From an uncultured Ruficoccus sp. (GTDB lineage Bacteria; Verrucomicrobiota; Verrucomicrobiia; Opitutales; Cerasicoccaceae), in contig OZ223481.1 in NCBI GenBank assembly GCA_965140785.1, positions 1 through 64,000 on the forward strand: DNA of 64,000 nucleotides. The letters are read 5' to 3'. The position numbers were made by a program, and so were the translations under genes. Positions 18,830 through 28,574 of the stretch are shown one piece after another. Below the pieces are notes generated by a model. It ran no database searches, was not told where the DNA came from, and was given only the letters and a program-made list of their open reading frames with translations. Numbering within the stretch: position 1 is the first letter of the stretch; the number at the start of each line of letters is the position of its first letter.

Positions 18830-19264
18830 TCACTCGGCCGCGAAAGAAACATACTTAATTTGAGCCGCAGCGCAAGCGTTGAGCACGTCGATCGAACGCT
18901 GGTGGAGCGACTGGGGGGCCGCCACGATGGTGACGGCAGTACGGATTTCGCCCCGGTCGGCCGAGGCCTTGAGGCGCTTGAGGGTGTTAACCAGTTGGGG
19001 CATATCGTGGCTACTGACATTGTCCATCGGGGCGCCGTTGAGATAGACGTCCCCGCTGGGCAAAATATCGACCACATGCTCGTTGGGCAGCTCGACATCC
19101 TTGGGTGGAGGGACATTGGCAGGCAGCCGCAGTCCGAGGTCGGCCTCTTCCTGGAAGTTGGTCGTGACCATGAAGAAGGCCAGCAAGAGGAAGACCACGT
19201 CGATCATCGGCGTGAGGTCTGTCTTGTCCTCCTCGGCGAGGGGGTTGGTTTTCTTTCTAGCCAT
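18830..19264 (-). CDS. exbD: ExbD/TolR family protein
   Basis: DLTPMIDVVFLLLAFFMV with the conserved TM Asp. Confidence 0.92.
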   Translation of the reverse strand: MARKKTNPLAEEDKTDLTPMIDVVFLLLAFFMVTTNFQEEADLGLRLPANVPPPKDVELPNEHVVDILPSGDVYLNGAPMDNVSSHDMPQLVNTLKRLKASADRGEIRTAVTIVAAPQSLHQRSIDVLNACAAAQIKYVSFAAE

Positions 19265-19266
19265 GG

Positions 19267-19671
19267 TCAGGCATCCTGGAGGGTGGCAAAGATAATGTCG
19301 AAAACCCCGTTGTCGGCGCAGGTTCTCATGATGGTCTGGATATACTCGTGGGGCGTGTTGGCGTCCGCGCGCACATAGACGCGAAAGCCCGGAACCTCCT
19401 CGTTCTCCACGTGGATGCGCTCGGAGAGTTCCTCGATCGTGACGGGCATCATGCCGATGTAGGCGTCGCCGTTTTCAACCACGGTGACTTCCAGCCGACG
19501 GCTGTTGTCGTCGGGCACGACTGCCCGGTCCGCCTGCGGCATGATGATCTCGATCTTGTGGGTGATTTCCGCCGCCACGACCATGAAGAACACGATCAGG
19601 AGGAAGACCACGTCGATCATCGGCGTGATATCCATGCTCTGGTCGGGGATCTCTGGGCGATTGGCTTTCAT
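19267..19671 (-). CDS. exbD: ExbD/TolR family protein
   Basis: DITPMIDVVFLLIVFFMV…VYVRADANTP. Confidence 0.92.
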   Translation of the reverse strand: MKANRPEIPDQSMDITPMIDVVFLLIVFFMVVAAEITHKIEIIMPQADRAVVPDDNSRRLEVTVVENGDAYIGMMPVTIEELSERIHVENEEVPGFRVYVRADANTPHEYIQTIMRTCADNGVFDIIFATLQDA

Positions 19672-19692
19672 GGGGAATCAGGCGCGTGGGGC

Positions 19693-20481
19693 TTAGGAAG
19701 CGTGACGGCGGATGCCCTTCATCATCTGGTGAAAGAGGTCGCCGACCTGGCGGTCCACCCGCGAGGAAATCTTGCCGTAGATGTTCTTGAAGAAGATGTA
19801 GAAGAACATGGCCGGGACGGCGACGATCAGACCCGAGGCGGTGGTGATGAGCGCCTCGGAAATGTTGTCAGCCAGCACTTGCGGCTGTCCCATCCCCTGG
19901 GTGGCGATGGCGTTAAAGGCCTTAATCATACCGGAAACCGTCCCGAGCAGACCCACCATCGGGGAAAGCGTGGCGACGACCGAAAGCATGTTGATCATGA
20001 CAAACGGGGCGGCCAGCTCCTCGGTAGAGGACTCCTCCATGGCTTCCTTCATCGAGTCGGGGTCGATGTGCTGGCCGTCGATACGGTCCAGACCCGACCC
20101 GACGATGTTGGTCAGCACGGAGGGATTTTCGTCACAGATCTGGCGAGCCTCGTCGAACTGGAGGTTTTCCAGGGCCGGGCCGAGCTTGGCGGCCAGGTCC
20201 GGGCGCAGGAAGGGCTTCTCGCGGATCATGAGCAGGTTGTAGAAGATCAGGCCAATACCGCTGATGGACAGGACGAGCAGAACGTACATGGCCCAGCCAC
20301 CGGCCTTGAACATGCCCCACAGAGACATGCCGGCGTCTTCGGCGGCCACGGCAGCGTCGTCGGCAGCCTGCTCGGTCTGAGCAGCGGGCTCTGCGTCCTG
20401 CGCAAAGGCGGGCAGCGGCGCGGCGATGAGCGCGGCAAAGCCCATCGAGAGCATGAGAATGAGTTTTTTAAGGTCGTGCAT
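19693..20481 (-). CDS. exbB: MotA/TolQ/ExbB proton channel protein
   Basis: AGGWAM, SPMVGLLGTVSGMIKAF, ISEALITTASGLIVAVPA; cleavable N-terminal signal-like extension. Confidence 0.92.
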   Translation of the reverse strand: MHDLKKLILMLSMGFAALIAAPLPAFAQDAEPAAQTEQAADDAAVAAEDAGMSLWGMFKAGGWAMYVLLVLSISGIGLIFYNLLMIREKPFLRPDLAAKLGPALENLQFDEARQICDENPSVLTNIVGSGLDRIDGQHIDPDSMKEAMEESSTEELAAPFVMINMLSVVATLSPMVGLLGTVSGMIKAFNAIATQGMGQPQVLADNISEALITTASGLIVAVPAMFFYIFFKNIYGKISSRVDRQVGDLFHQMMKGIRRHAS

Positions 20482-20526
20482 ACGAGTCGGGTGTTGTGGT
20501 TGAAAGAAAAGTGAGTCGTTAAAAAG

Positions 20527-21615
20527 TTAGCCGTTTTTGGGCGGGAGCTTGGCCATCTGCTCGCGGCTTTTCTCGCCCCAGGGCGTGCTTCCGAAAAACA
20601 GGTCGACTTCGCCGTAAATCTCGCGAGCCACTTCGACGCGGCCGATCTGCTGGTAAAGCGTGCCGGACCAATACAGCAACTCGGGCGTCCATGGATAGCC
20701 GATGTCTGCGCTGACGACTCCCTGGCTGATGTTGCTCATAGCCTCGGTGGTGTTGTCGTTGACCATGGCCAGGCGGCCCTGCACCAGTTTGAGCAACGAA
20801 AAGGCGCGCTCATCGGGCTTGATCTCGCCGGCCTGCTCCACGAAGAGCTCGGCAGTCTGGGAGCGGCCCGTTTCCATATTGCAGTAGGCGGTCCAGAGCA
20901 TGGCTTCCTTGCGCACCTTGGTGTCGGGAATGTCCTGAATGCGCTGGTAAAGAAAGAGCGCCTCGGACATGTTGCCGGCTTCGCGGAGCTGATTGGCAAA
21001 GCGCATCACCTTGGGCAAAAGCGCCTCGTATTTCTTGCTCAGAGGAATGCGGTTGAGCAGCTTGAGCGCTTCGTCTGTCTTGCCCGCGTCCACCAGCCGC
21101 TCGGTCACGATAAAGGCGTAGTCGATGTACTGGGGATCGAGTTTGGTCAGGGGCAACTGCTCCATCAGGGAGGCCGCCTCGTCCAGGTTGCTGCTGTTGA
21201 CCAGCGCATAGGTGAAGCGGTCCACGATCGGATGAATGTTGATATTGGAGGCGGGCACCTGCAAATACTGGATCAGCGGATAAACATAGTCACGCATGCC
21301 CTCCACCGCGCGGTCATAATCGCCCGCATTGATAATAGCGATGTGCTCCTCGTACTCCTTGGGCGGGATGTAAAGGATGGACAGGCCCGGCGTGTTGAGG
21401 GGGAGGATGATTTCCTGCGGGTTGTTCGGGTTGTAGCGGAAAACCAGCTCGCCGTCCTCATCACCCATGAGGTACATCCGGTTGTTGGCCCCACCGGTCT
21501 TGTTCACGACCGGAATGGGGGTGTCGCCGTAACGGCTCAGATAATCCTGCCCCTGCACGGGCAGGGCCAGACCGAGAGCCAAGAGAGCCAACGTGTATTT
21601 AAGAAGCGTCATCAC
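20527..21615 (-). CDS. Exported TPR protein
   Basis: Signal peptide (…LPVQG|QD) followed by helical TPR-like repeats. Confidence 0.8.
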   Translation of the reverse strand: MMTLLKYTLALLALGLALPVQGQDYLSRYGDTPIPVVNKTGGANNRMYLMGDEDGELVFRYNPNNPQEIILPLNTPGLSILYIPPKEYEEHIAIINAGDYDRAVEGMRDYVYPLIQYLQVPASNINIHPIVDRFTYALVNSSNLDEAASLMEQLPLTKLDPQYIDYAFIVTERLVDAGKTDEALKLLNRIPLSKKYEALLPKVMRFANQLREAGNMSEALFLYQRIQDIPDTKVRKEAMLWTAYCNMETGRSQTAELFVEQAGEIKPDERAFSLLKLVQGRLAMVNDNTTEAMSNISQGVVSADIGYPWTPELLYWSGTLYQQIGRVEVAREIYGEVDLFFGSTPWGEKSREQMAKLPPKNG

Positions 21616-24600
21616 AGGGCCGACCTCGCTTGTTTGATTTGATCGTAATACTCCGAGCCTTCCAGGGAAGGGTTGGCCAGGAACTCGTCATAGGTGCGGC
21701 GGGCATCGTCGCGACGGCCCATGCTCTGCAGGGCCTGGCCGCTCTGGTAGTAGGCCGCTGAGGCCCACTCGGGGAAACCGGCGTAACCGATATAAACTCG
21801 CTCGAAGAACGCCTGGGCCGAGGGCCAGTCTTTTTCTTCCATGTAGGTCAGCCCGGTCTTGTAAAGGGCTTCGGCCTGCGGAGCTCCGCGCCATTCGCGC
21901 CGGGCGATCACCTCCTGGTACTTTTCGCGGGCACCGTCGAGGTCGCCCTGCTGCCGCAGCGCGTCAGCCTCGCCCATCACGGCGAGCACAATATCCGGGG
22001 CTCCCGGGAACTGGTCCTGGGCCTCGCGGAAGAAATTGATCGCGTCGTTCCACTGGCCGTTCTTCATGCTCAGTTGCCCCAGCGCCAGGTAAGCGTTGAG
22101 ACGGCTGTCATGCGAATCCGGGTGCTGCTCGATGACCGTCAGATAAGCCTGGCGGGCCAGCAGCACGTCGAACTCTTCGGCCTTGTTACCGATCCAGATC
22201 AGCGTCTCGGGGCTGGCGTACATGAGGTCCTGATCGGTGTAAATCTTGCCGGCGTCGGCGGGCGCGTCCAAATTGTCGAGCGCCATGGCCAAGCGCATGG
22301 CGAGGGAGTTTTCCTGATTCAAGACCGCCTGGTCATACATACGGCGCAGGGCAACGGCCGGTGTCTCCTTCGGGAAGGCTTCGTCTGTGCGGCGGGTCTG
22401 GGCCAGCCATTCGTCCACCGGACTCATGTCCTGGCTCAGGCTTTTCCGGAATTCCTTCGGATAGAAGGCTTCCTGAATCTCCATCGTGATGTCCGGGTTC
22501 TGCCTAAAGGTCTCGAAGAGGAACTGGCGATCGGTGATGATCTTTTCGCGGAAAGCGGGGTCGTTCTTGAGCTTTTCGAGAAAGGCCAGATTGGCGTCGA
22601 GCTCGGCCCGGTTCTCGTCGTATTTCTGCCCATAGGCGGCGAGAATCTGGTCCACCCCGTAAGCCTTGGGGTCGTTGCCGAAGCGCTTCACGCCGTTGAG
22701 GTACTCGGAAAGCATATCCTGCGGGCGGCCCTGAAGCTCACGCGCGCGGCCCAACTCGAAGAGCGCACCGGTAAAGTCGCCCTCCTCGCGGTACTTGTCC
22801 ATGTAGTCCTGGAAATTGCGGGCCATCTCATCGTAGCGATGGTTGGCCTCCAACAGCTTGCCCTTCTGGAAGTAGGCGTTGCGGATGAAGCTCGGACTGG
22901 TGGTGTACTTCTCCACATTGCTGTAGTGCTTGAGGGCGCTATCCGCGTTGCCCGTAGTGGCGTAAATATCGGCCAGGAAGTACTCCACCTCCCCGCGCAG
23001 GTTACTCTTGGGGTACTTGTTAATGAAGGTGACGAAGTCTTTTTCGGCTTCGGCGTACTGCTCCAGTCCAAAGTAGCAAATCCCGCGCCGGTAGAGCGAG
23101 TCCTCCGCGTAGGCGCCGGTCTTGTAATACTGGAGGATGACGGAGAACTGCTTGACCGCGTCCTCGTAGTCGCCGAGGAAAATGTCGCCCAGGCCGACCC
23201 AGTAGTGGCAGCCCTCGGACATCATGCCCTTGGGGTACTTGTTCAGGTAACCGCGGAAAACCTCGAGCATGTCGCCGAAGCGCTCGAGCTTTATGTAGGT
23301 CGAGCCCATCATGAAGATGATCTGGCTGGCGTACTGGGATTCGGGGTTCTCGGCCAGGAAGCCCTTGGCCAAGTCGAAAAATTCCTGATACTGGCTCTTC
23401 TCCAGGTAGAACTGGCAGAGCTTGACGACGATGTCATCGGCGTACTTCTTCCACGCCTTGTTGCCGACATAGCTCTCACCCATGGCAATGACTTCGTCGG
23501 TGAGCTTAAGCTCGGTCGCGGAACTGAAGGCGGCGTAAAGGAAATCCTGGGCGGAAGGGTGGTTCGGATACTCCTGAACCAGCTCCTTGTAGGCGAAGAA
23601 AGACTCCCACTCCCGGCCGGTCAGCAGGTAAGTGCGGGCGATGCGTACCTTGAGATCGGCGGTGTAGTCCTTGATCTTTTTCAGGGCGTCGAGCTGGGCC
23701 TGGGTGTTGAGCACCTGCGTGTCGAGCTCGGCAAGCTGGTCGCTCTCCTGGGTGGTGAGCTTGAGCAGCTCCAGACGGCTGCGCAGGTCGGCCAGGTAGG
23801 CTTCCTGCCAGTCGATGATCTCCTGAACGGTTAGTACCATGCGGTACATGAGCATGGCCTCGTTGAAGCGCTGAAGCTTGGAAAGTTTGTCCCCGGCCTC
23901 GAGCAGGGCGACGTTGAGCTGGAGGCTGTAGCGAGCCGGTGATTCGCCGACCAGGTGCGGGAGCAGCCGCATCGTCTCGTCAAACTGGCCCTGGGCGATA
24001 TAGGCCTCCATCAGGGCGGCGGCGGCCTTGGCCTCGTCGTCCGGGGTACGGGCTTCCTCCAGATACAGCTTGAACCAGCGCAGCCCGGCGGACCAGTTCT
24101 TGGCGATATAGTAACAGCCGACGATCTTGCGAAGGGCCTCCTGCCGCTGCTCCGAGTTCAGCCGCAACTCCAGCGGAGGCGTAAGCAGCTTCGCGTACAC
24201 TTCGCCGGCCTCGTTGAATTTCTGCAGCCCGCGGTAGGCGTCAGCCATGGCCAGATTCGCCGTGACGGCGAACGACCCGTTCGGGAATTCTTTGTTCAGC
24301 CGTTGGAACCAAGTGATGGCCTCTTCGAGAAACTTGGTGTCGTCCTCATCGCCGTATTCGATCAGGTAACCGACTCCCAGATAGAAATAAACGCCGTTGA
24401 GACTTTTGCGCATTTCCTCGCCCTCGCTCTCGAAGCGCTTGACCATCTCCATCAAGTAGGGACGCACTGCCACGTAGTCTCGGCCTTCGATCATGTCCCC
24501 CGTCTGCTTCTGCAGCTCGGTCAGGGTCATGCTGGTCGTGTCCACGTCCTGCCCCCAGCCGGTCAGCGGGAGGCAGAAGAGGAGCAGAAATATGAACAAG

Positions 24601-24683
24601 CAAGGGGTGGGTCGATTGCGGGCCTTACGGATCACGTGGTCAAAGCGGTGGGGGGTAAAAACATTGGGGAAACCATAAGCCAA
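21612..24683 (-). CDS. Large exported TPR protein (BamD/CpoB-like repeats)
   Basis: Many TPR units ending in YP/FP-x-S/G turns (EFPNGS, EYPNHP, KYPKG, KYPKSN); signal peptide. The exact start is uncertain. Confidence 0.85.
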   Translation of the reverse strand: MAYGFPNVFTPHRFDHVIRKARNRPTPCLFIFLLLFCLPLTGWGQDVDTTSMTLTELQKQTGDMIEGRDYVAVRPYLMEMVKRFESEGEEMRKSLNGVYFYLGVGYLIEYGDEDDTKFLEEAITWFQRLNKEFPNGSFAVTANLAMADAYRGLQKFNEAGEVYAKLLTPPLELRLNSEQRQEALRKIVGCYYIAKNWSAGLRWFKLYLEEARTPDDEAKAAAALMEAYIAQGQFDETMRLLPHLVGESPARYSLQLNVALLEAGDKLSKLQRFNEAMLMYRMVLTVQEIIDWQEAYLADLRSRLELLKLTTQESDQLAELDTQVLNTQAQLDALKKIKDYTADLKVRIARTYLLTGREWESFFAYKELVQEYPNHPSAQDFLYAAFSSATELKLTDEVIAMGESYVGNKAWKKYADDIVVKLCQFYLEKSQYQEFFDLAKGFLAENPESQYASQIIFMMGSTYIKLERFGDMLEVFRGYLNKYPKGMMSEGCHYWVGLGDIFLGDYEDAVKQFSVILQYYKTGAYAEDSLYRRGICYFGLEQYAEAEKDFVTFINKYPKSNLRGEVEYFLADIYATTGNADSALKHYSNVEKYTTSPSFIRNAYFQKGKLLEANHRYDEMARNFQDYMDKYREEGDFTGALFELGRARELQGRPQDMLSEYLNGVKRFGNDPKAYGVDQILAAYGQKYDENRAELDANLAFLEKLKNDPAFREKIITDRQFLFETFRQNPDITMEIQEAFYPKEFRKSLSQDMSPVDEWLAQTRRTDEAFPKETPAVALRRMYDQAVLNQENSLAMRLAMALDNLDAPADAGKIYTDQDLMYASPETLIWIGNKAEEFDVLLARQAYLTVIEQHPDSHDSRLNAYLALGQLSMKNGQWNDAINFFREAQDQFPGAPDIVLAVMGEADALRQQGDLDGAREKYQEVIARREWRGAPQAEALYKTGLTYMEEKDWPSAQAFFERVYIGYAGFPEWASAAYYQSGQALQSMGRRDDARRTYDEFLANPSLEGSEYYDQIKQARSAL

Positions 24684-24700
24684 GGGAATTTCCCGAGACT

Positions 24701-26008
24701 TTGCCAGAAAAAATCGTTGATAGAGTGAGTATCACTTGGGACCACAATTTCATCGGTAAAACCGGTTGGTGCCCCCAAGAAAGGGAACTTGAGCAACCCA
24801 ACCCGTCAGGGAAGTGTCAGAAAGGGGCAAAACTGCACTTGTCAGGCCGCGGGCCGACAGCCAAAGTTTGGCCCATCCTCCTGCACCGCTACATCTTTCG
24901 ATCCGTCCTGCTCGCGACCGTTATGGCCGTGGCGATGTTCGTGTTCGTTCTGGTCGCCGGCAACGCCATCAAGGAAGTGCTCGGGCTTTTGGCCTCGGGG
25001 CGCGTCAGTTGGGGCCAGTTCTTCTATATCATGATGATCCTGATCCCGCGGGTGGTGCCCTACGCCTTTCCGCTGGGCATCCTGACGGGTGTGCTGCTAG
25101 TGCTGGGCCGACTCTCGGCCCAGGGCGAGATCCTCGCCATGAAGGCCGCCGGGATCAGCCTCTGGCGCATTGCAGCCCCGATTTTCCTCATTGCCATCGG
25201 CGGCACGGGCTTCGCCGTGGCCATCGCCTTCTACTACGCTCCCATGGCCGACACGCTCTACAAGCGCACCCTGGCCAATGTCGTGCGTGAGGATCCGCTG
25301 CGCTTCTTCCAGGCCAAGACCTTTATCAAGGAATTCCCCGGCTACGTCTTCTATTTCGAGTCCCAGGAGGGCTCCCAGGTTCACAATCTGCGCCTCTGGC
25401 TGATCGGAGAGCACAACCGGATGACCCGCTACCTCCAGAGCGAAACGGGCGTCATCTCCTTCGATAACGAGACCGACTCGATCAAGCTCACCGTCAAGAA
25501 GGCGGCAGGAGAAATCCGCGGCGAGAACGACGCCGAGGACGCCGGCGGCCAGTGGACGGGGATTTTTGAAGACACGAGTTTCAGCATTCCGTTGGAGGGG
25601 CTTTTCGGCTCGCGCGACCAGGAACGCAAGCTCTCCTATCTGAATCTCAACGAGCTGCTGGGCAAGCGCCAGGAGTACATCGACAACCCCGACGGGCTCG
25701 AAAAGACCGAACAGGCCCAGCGCATCAACCAGGTCCAGACCGCGATCCAGAAAAAAGCGGCCATGGGCGTGGCGGTCCTCTCCCTCTGCGCTATTGCCAT
25801 CCCGCTGGGTATCAAGGCCAGCCGCTCCGAGACCTACGCCAACCTCGCCCTCGCCCTCGCCCTCGCCCTCTCCTATTTCTTCCTGCTGGTCGTCGTCTCC
25901 TGGCTTGAAAAAAAGCCCGAGTGGCGACCCGACCTGCTGATCTGGGTGCCGAACCTGCTCTACCAGGGACTCGGCTTTTACCTCCTCAGCCGCGTCAACC
26001 GGCACTGA
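24701..26008 (+). CDS. lptF: LptF/LptG family LPS export permease; the true start is probably near 24870
   Basis: ILLHRYIFRSV, GRLSAQGEILAMKAAGISL, 3+3 TM layout, AIPLGI, IWVPNLL. Confidence 0.85.
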   Translation: MPEKIVDRVSITWDHNFIGKTGWCPQERELEQPNPSGKCQKGAKLHLSGRGPTAKVWPILLHRYIFRSVLLATVMAVAMFVFVLVAGNAIKEVLGLLASGRVSWGQFFYIMMILIPRVVPYAFPLGILTGVLLVLGRLSAQGEILAMKAAGISLWRIAAPIFLIAIGGTGFAVAIAFYYAPMADTLYKRTLANVVREDPLRFFQAKTFIKEFPGYVFYFESQEGSQVHNLRLWLIGEHNRMTRYLQSETGVISFDNETDSIKLTVKKAAGEIRGENDAEDAGGQWTGIFEDTSFSIPLEGLFGSRDQERKLSYLNLNELLGKRQEYIDNPDGLEKTEQAQRINQVQTAIQKKAAMGVAVLSLCAIAIPLGIKASRSETYANLALALALALSYFFLLVVVSWLEKKPEWRPDLLIWVPNLLYQGLGFYLLSRVNRH

Positions 26009-26154
26009 GCAGAGACGTTGCCAGCCGGCATTTGGGCTCTAAAAAGACAGTCATCCGCCCGTCAGCCGGGGTCACCATCCGGAAAAGAAGCCCACGGGGG
26101 TGAATTTTCCCTTGCCTTTGGCTAAAAATCCGCTTTGATCCACCGCTTTTTCCC

Positions 26155-26343
26155 ATGTCTGAAGAGAAATCACAAAGCAAGACACCGCAGGGACTCGACT
26201 TCAACGATGTCGATATCCTCAAGCGTTACGTCACGGATACCGGCAAGATCCTGCCGCGCCGCATTACCGGTCTGACCGCCCTCCAGCAACGTCGGGTGAC
26301 CAAGGCCATCAAGCGCGCGCGCAATCTCCTGCTGATGAAGTAA
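26155..26343 (+). CDS. rpsR: 30S ribosomal protein S18
   Basis: [25 protein letters not shown]…[12 protein letters not shown]. Confidence 0.95.
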   Translation: MSEEKSQSKTPQGLDFNDVDILKRYVTDTGKILPRRITGLTALQQRRVTKAIKRARNLLLMK

Positions 26344-26372
26344 TCCACCGCCTCGCGCGGCAACGACCTGCC

Positions 26373-27365
26373 ATGCCGACCGCGAGCATACTCGGCGATT
26401 CGGACGGCGATGTACGCACAGCCGGACGACTCCTGCGGGCAGGCCACCTCGTGGCCCTACCCACCGAGACCGTTTACGGACTGGCAGGCAATGCGCTCCT
26501 GGAAGAGACCGTTCGGCGTATATTCACGGTCAAGGGGCGCCCTCTGATAGACCCGCTCATCGTGCATGTGCATGACTGGAAGCAGGTTGAAGAACTTACC
26601 CTCGCGATTCCCGACCACGCCCGTCGGCTGGCGAACGCCTTCTGGCCCGGCCCCTTGACGCTGATCCTGCCCAAAGCTCCGGCGGTCAGCGACCTGCTCA
26701 CCGCGGGGCAACCGACCCTCGCCGTGCGCATGCCGGCCCACCCACTGGCCCGGCGCATCCTCCAGGCGGCTGACGTCCCCGTCGCCGCGCCCAGCGCCAA
26801 TCCCTTCGGCTATATCAGCCCCACCTGCGCGGAGCATGTGGCGGAGTCCCTCGGCGAGCGTATCGACTGGATCGTGGATGGTGGCCCCTGCCAACAGGGC
26901 ATCGAATCGACCATCGTCGATGTGTCCACGCCAGGCACCGTCCGCCTGCTGCGCCCCGGCCCCCTTTCGCCTGAAACCTTGTCCCAGGCGCTCGACGGCC
27001 TGCCCATTTCCCGGCAACTTCCTCCCGCTTCGGACAAACCCGCCGCCCCCGGCCTGCTGGCACGCCATTACAGCCCCCACACGCCGCTGGTCCTGATTCC
27101 CCACGGAGAGTGCCCCCCGCCCTCCCCGGAAGGCACCTGCGCCTGGCTGGCGACCTCCCGTGGCCACGCCGAGGAAGCCACCGGAGACTACGCCCGCTAC
27201 TGGTTCAGCGAGACGGGTGCTCTGGAGGACATCGCCCAGTCGCTATTCGCCATGCTGCGCACCCTCGACCGGCAGACCTACGCACGCATTTACATCGAGC
27301 TCCCTTCCCCCGATGGCCTGGGGCTCGCCCTGACCGACCGCCTCACCCGCGCCGCCGCACGCTAA
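26373..27365 (+). CDS. sua5: L-threonylcarbamoyladenylate synthase (Sua5/TsaC2)
   Basis: VALPTETVYGLA, KGRP…PLIVH, FWPGPLT, AAPSAN, GIESTI, APG…HYSP; C-terminal SUA5 domain. Confidence 0.93.
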   Translation: MPTASILGDSDGDVRTAGRLLRAGHLVALPTETVYGLAGNALLEETVRRIFTVKGRPLIDPLIVHVHDWKQVEELTLAIPDHARRLANAFWPGPLTLILPKAPAVSDLLTAGQPTLAVRMPAHPLARRILQAADVPVAAPSANPFGYISPTCAEHVAESLGERIDWIVDGGPCQQGIESTIVDVSTPGTVRLLRPGPLSPETLSQALDGLPISRQLPPASDKPAAPGLLARHYSPHTPLVLIPHGECPPPSPEGTCAWLATSRGHAEEATGDYARYWFSETGALEDIAQSLFAMLRTLDRQTYARIYIELPSPDGLGLALTDRLTRAAAR

Positions 27366-27376
27366 AGAAGCTACTA

Positions 27377-28435
27377 TCAATCCTGCCCCAGCATCCGCGC
27401 CTGACCAGTCCGTGTGTCCAGCGTGCCAAACTGCGAGTTGCTGAATCTCCAGTTCAGGAGATGATCCGTCAGCGAGAAGGACGTGAGGGATGACCGGGCG
27501 ACCCGGTAAGGATGCATGCCCAAAGCCTCGCGCAGGTTAATGCGCCAGAGCACCTCCGGCTGCTCATCGGCCTGCGGGGTTTCGGAAAACCGAATCGCGG
27601 AGACGGTCTGTCCATCACCTTCGACCAGATAGAGCGTCCGGCTCTCGTCATCCCAGATCGGAGGGAGCGCGTAAGCGGGTTTTTGAGCCACGACGCGATT
27701 ATGCTTCCACACATGTTCGCCGGGTAGCTCCTCTACCCGCCAATACACGGCCAGGTTTTGAAAGGATACTCCCGAAAAATGGCTGCAATAGGTCGCGCCG
27801 AAATGAAAAGGAAACATGCTGCGCCGGGAGGGATCCTCCGTCACGCGCACCGTTCCATCGCTGTCAAAATGTGTGACGGGCGCCGGCATCCCCTCGCCCG
27901 CCTCGGGAGCCAACACACCCGAGACCTGATCAAACCAGAGACGCGGCTTCGGCTCCACCTCTTCACGCCGGATTTCCCGCAGGATCTGGATTTCTCCATA
28001 GGGTCCAGCCACCGCCAGCATCTCGGCCTGCCGTTCTGACTGAAGCCTTTTTGCAATATCCGCGGATGGATTGGCGACCAGCAGGACAGAGTCAAGCTGT
28101 CCCCACCACTGGCCCTCTTTACGAACCGTTCGCAGGGTGAAGTGCTGCCAGAACACCTGGCGACCCTCATAACCATACCACGGCTTTACCACCGAGAACT
28201 CCCATCCGGTCCCATTGGCCGCTTCATTGGTTTCCGAGAGTACCAACATGCCACTGTCCGGCGTACGCCAAAGATCTTTAGCTGCCCACAGGCGCTCCTG
28301 GGGCCCGGCCTCGTAAACGACCTGCATCGACACTCGCCAGGTCTTCCGGCCGTAAACATACGATTTCTCAGCGGCCGCCAGCGACCCCACAAACCCAAGG
28401 CCGGTCAAGAGGATGAGCAATCGGGAAATACCCAT
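27377..28435 (-). CDS. Hypothetical exported protein
   Basis: Signal peptide (…SLAAA|EK), beta-rich; no family recognised. Confidence 0.6.
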   Translation of the reverse strand: MGISRLLILLTGLGFVGSLAAAEKSYVYGRKTWRVSMQVVYEAGPQERLWAAKDLWRTPDSGMLVLSETNEAANGTGWEFSVVKPWYGYEGRQVFWQHFTLRTVRKEGQWWGQLDSVLLVANPSADIAKRLQSERQAEMLAVAGPYGEIQILREIRREEVEPKPRLWFDQVSGVLAPEAGEGMPAPVTHFDSDGTVRVTEDPSRRSMFPFHFGATYCSHFSGVSFQNLAVYWRVEELPGEHVWKHNRVVAQKPAYALPPIWDDESRTLYLVEGDGQTVSAIRFSETPQADEQPEVLWRINLREALGMHPYRVARSSLTSFSLTDHLLNWRFSNSQFGTLDTRTGQARMLGQD

Positions 28436-28516
28436 ACGTTTTTTTTATCCTCATGGCCAGCCGCTGCAAAGAAATATATGCCCCGGTCCAGCCATCTCCG
28501 GTGGATCAAACCCTAC

Positions 28517-28549
28517 AAAAAAGCGGCGAAGCCCAAAGGCTCCGCCGCG
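28517..28549 (-). terminator. Rho-independent terminator of the wza-wzc operon
   Basis: On the minus strand: gcggcggagcc-tttg-ggcttcgccgc followed by T6. Confidence 0.8.
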
Positions 28550-28574
28550 TGTAAAAATCAGTAACCAGGTACGG

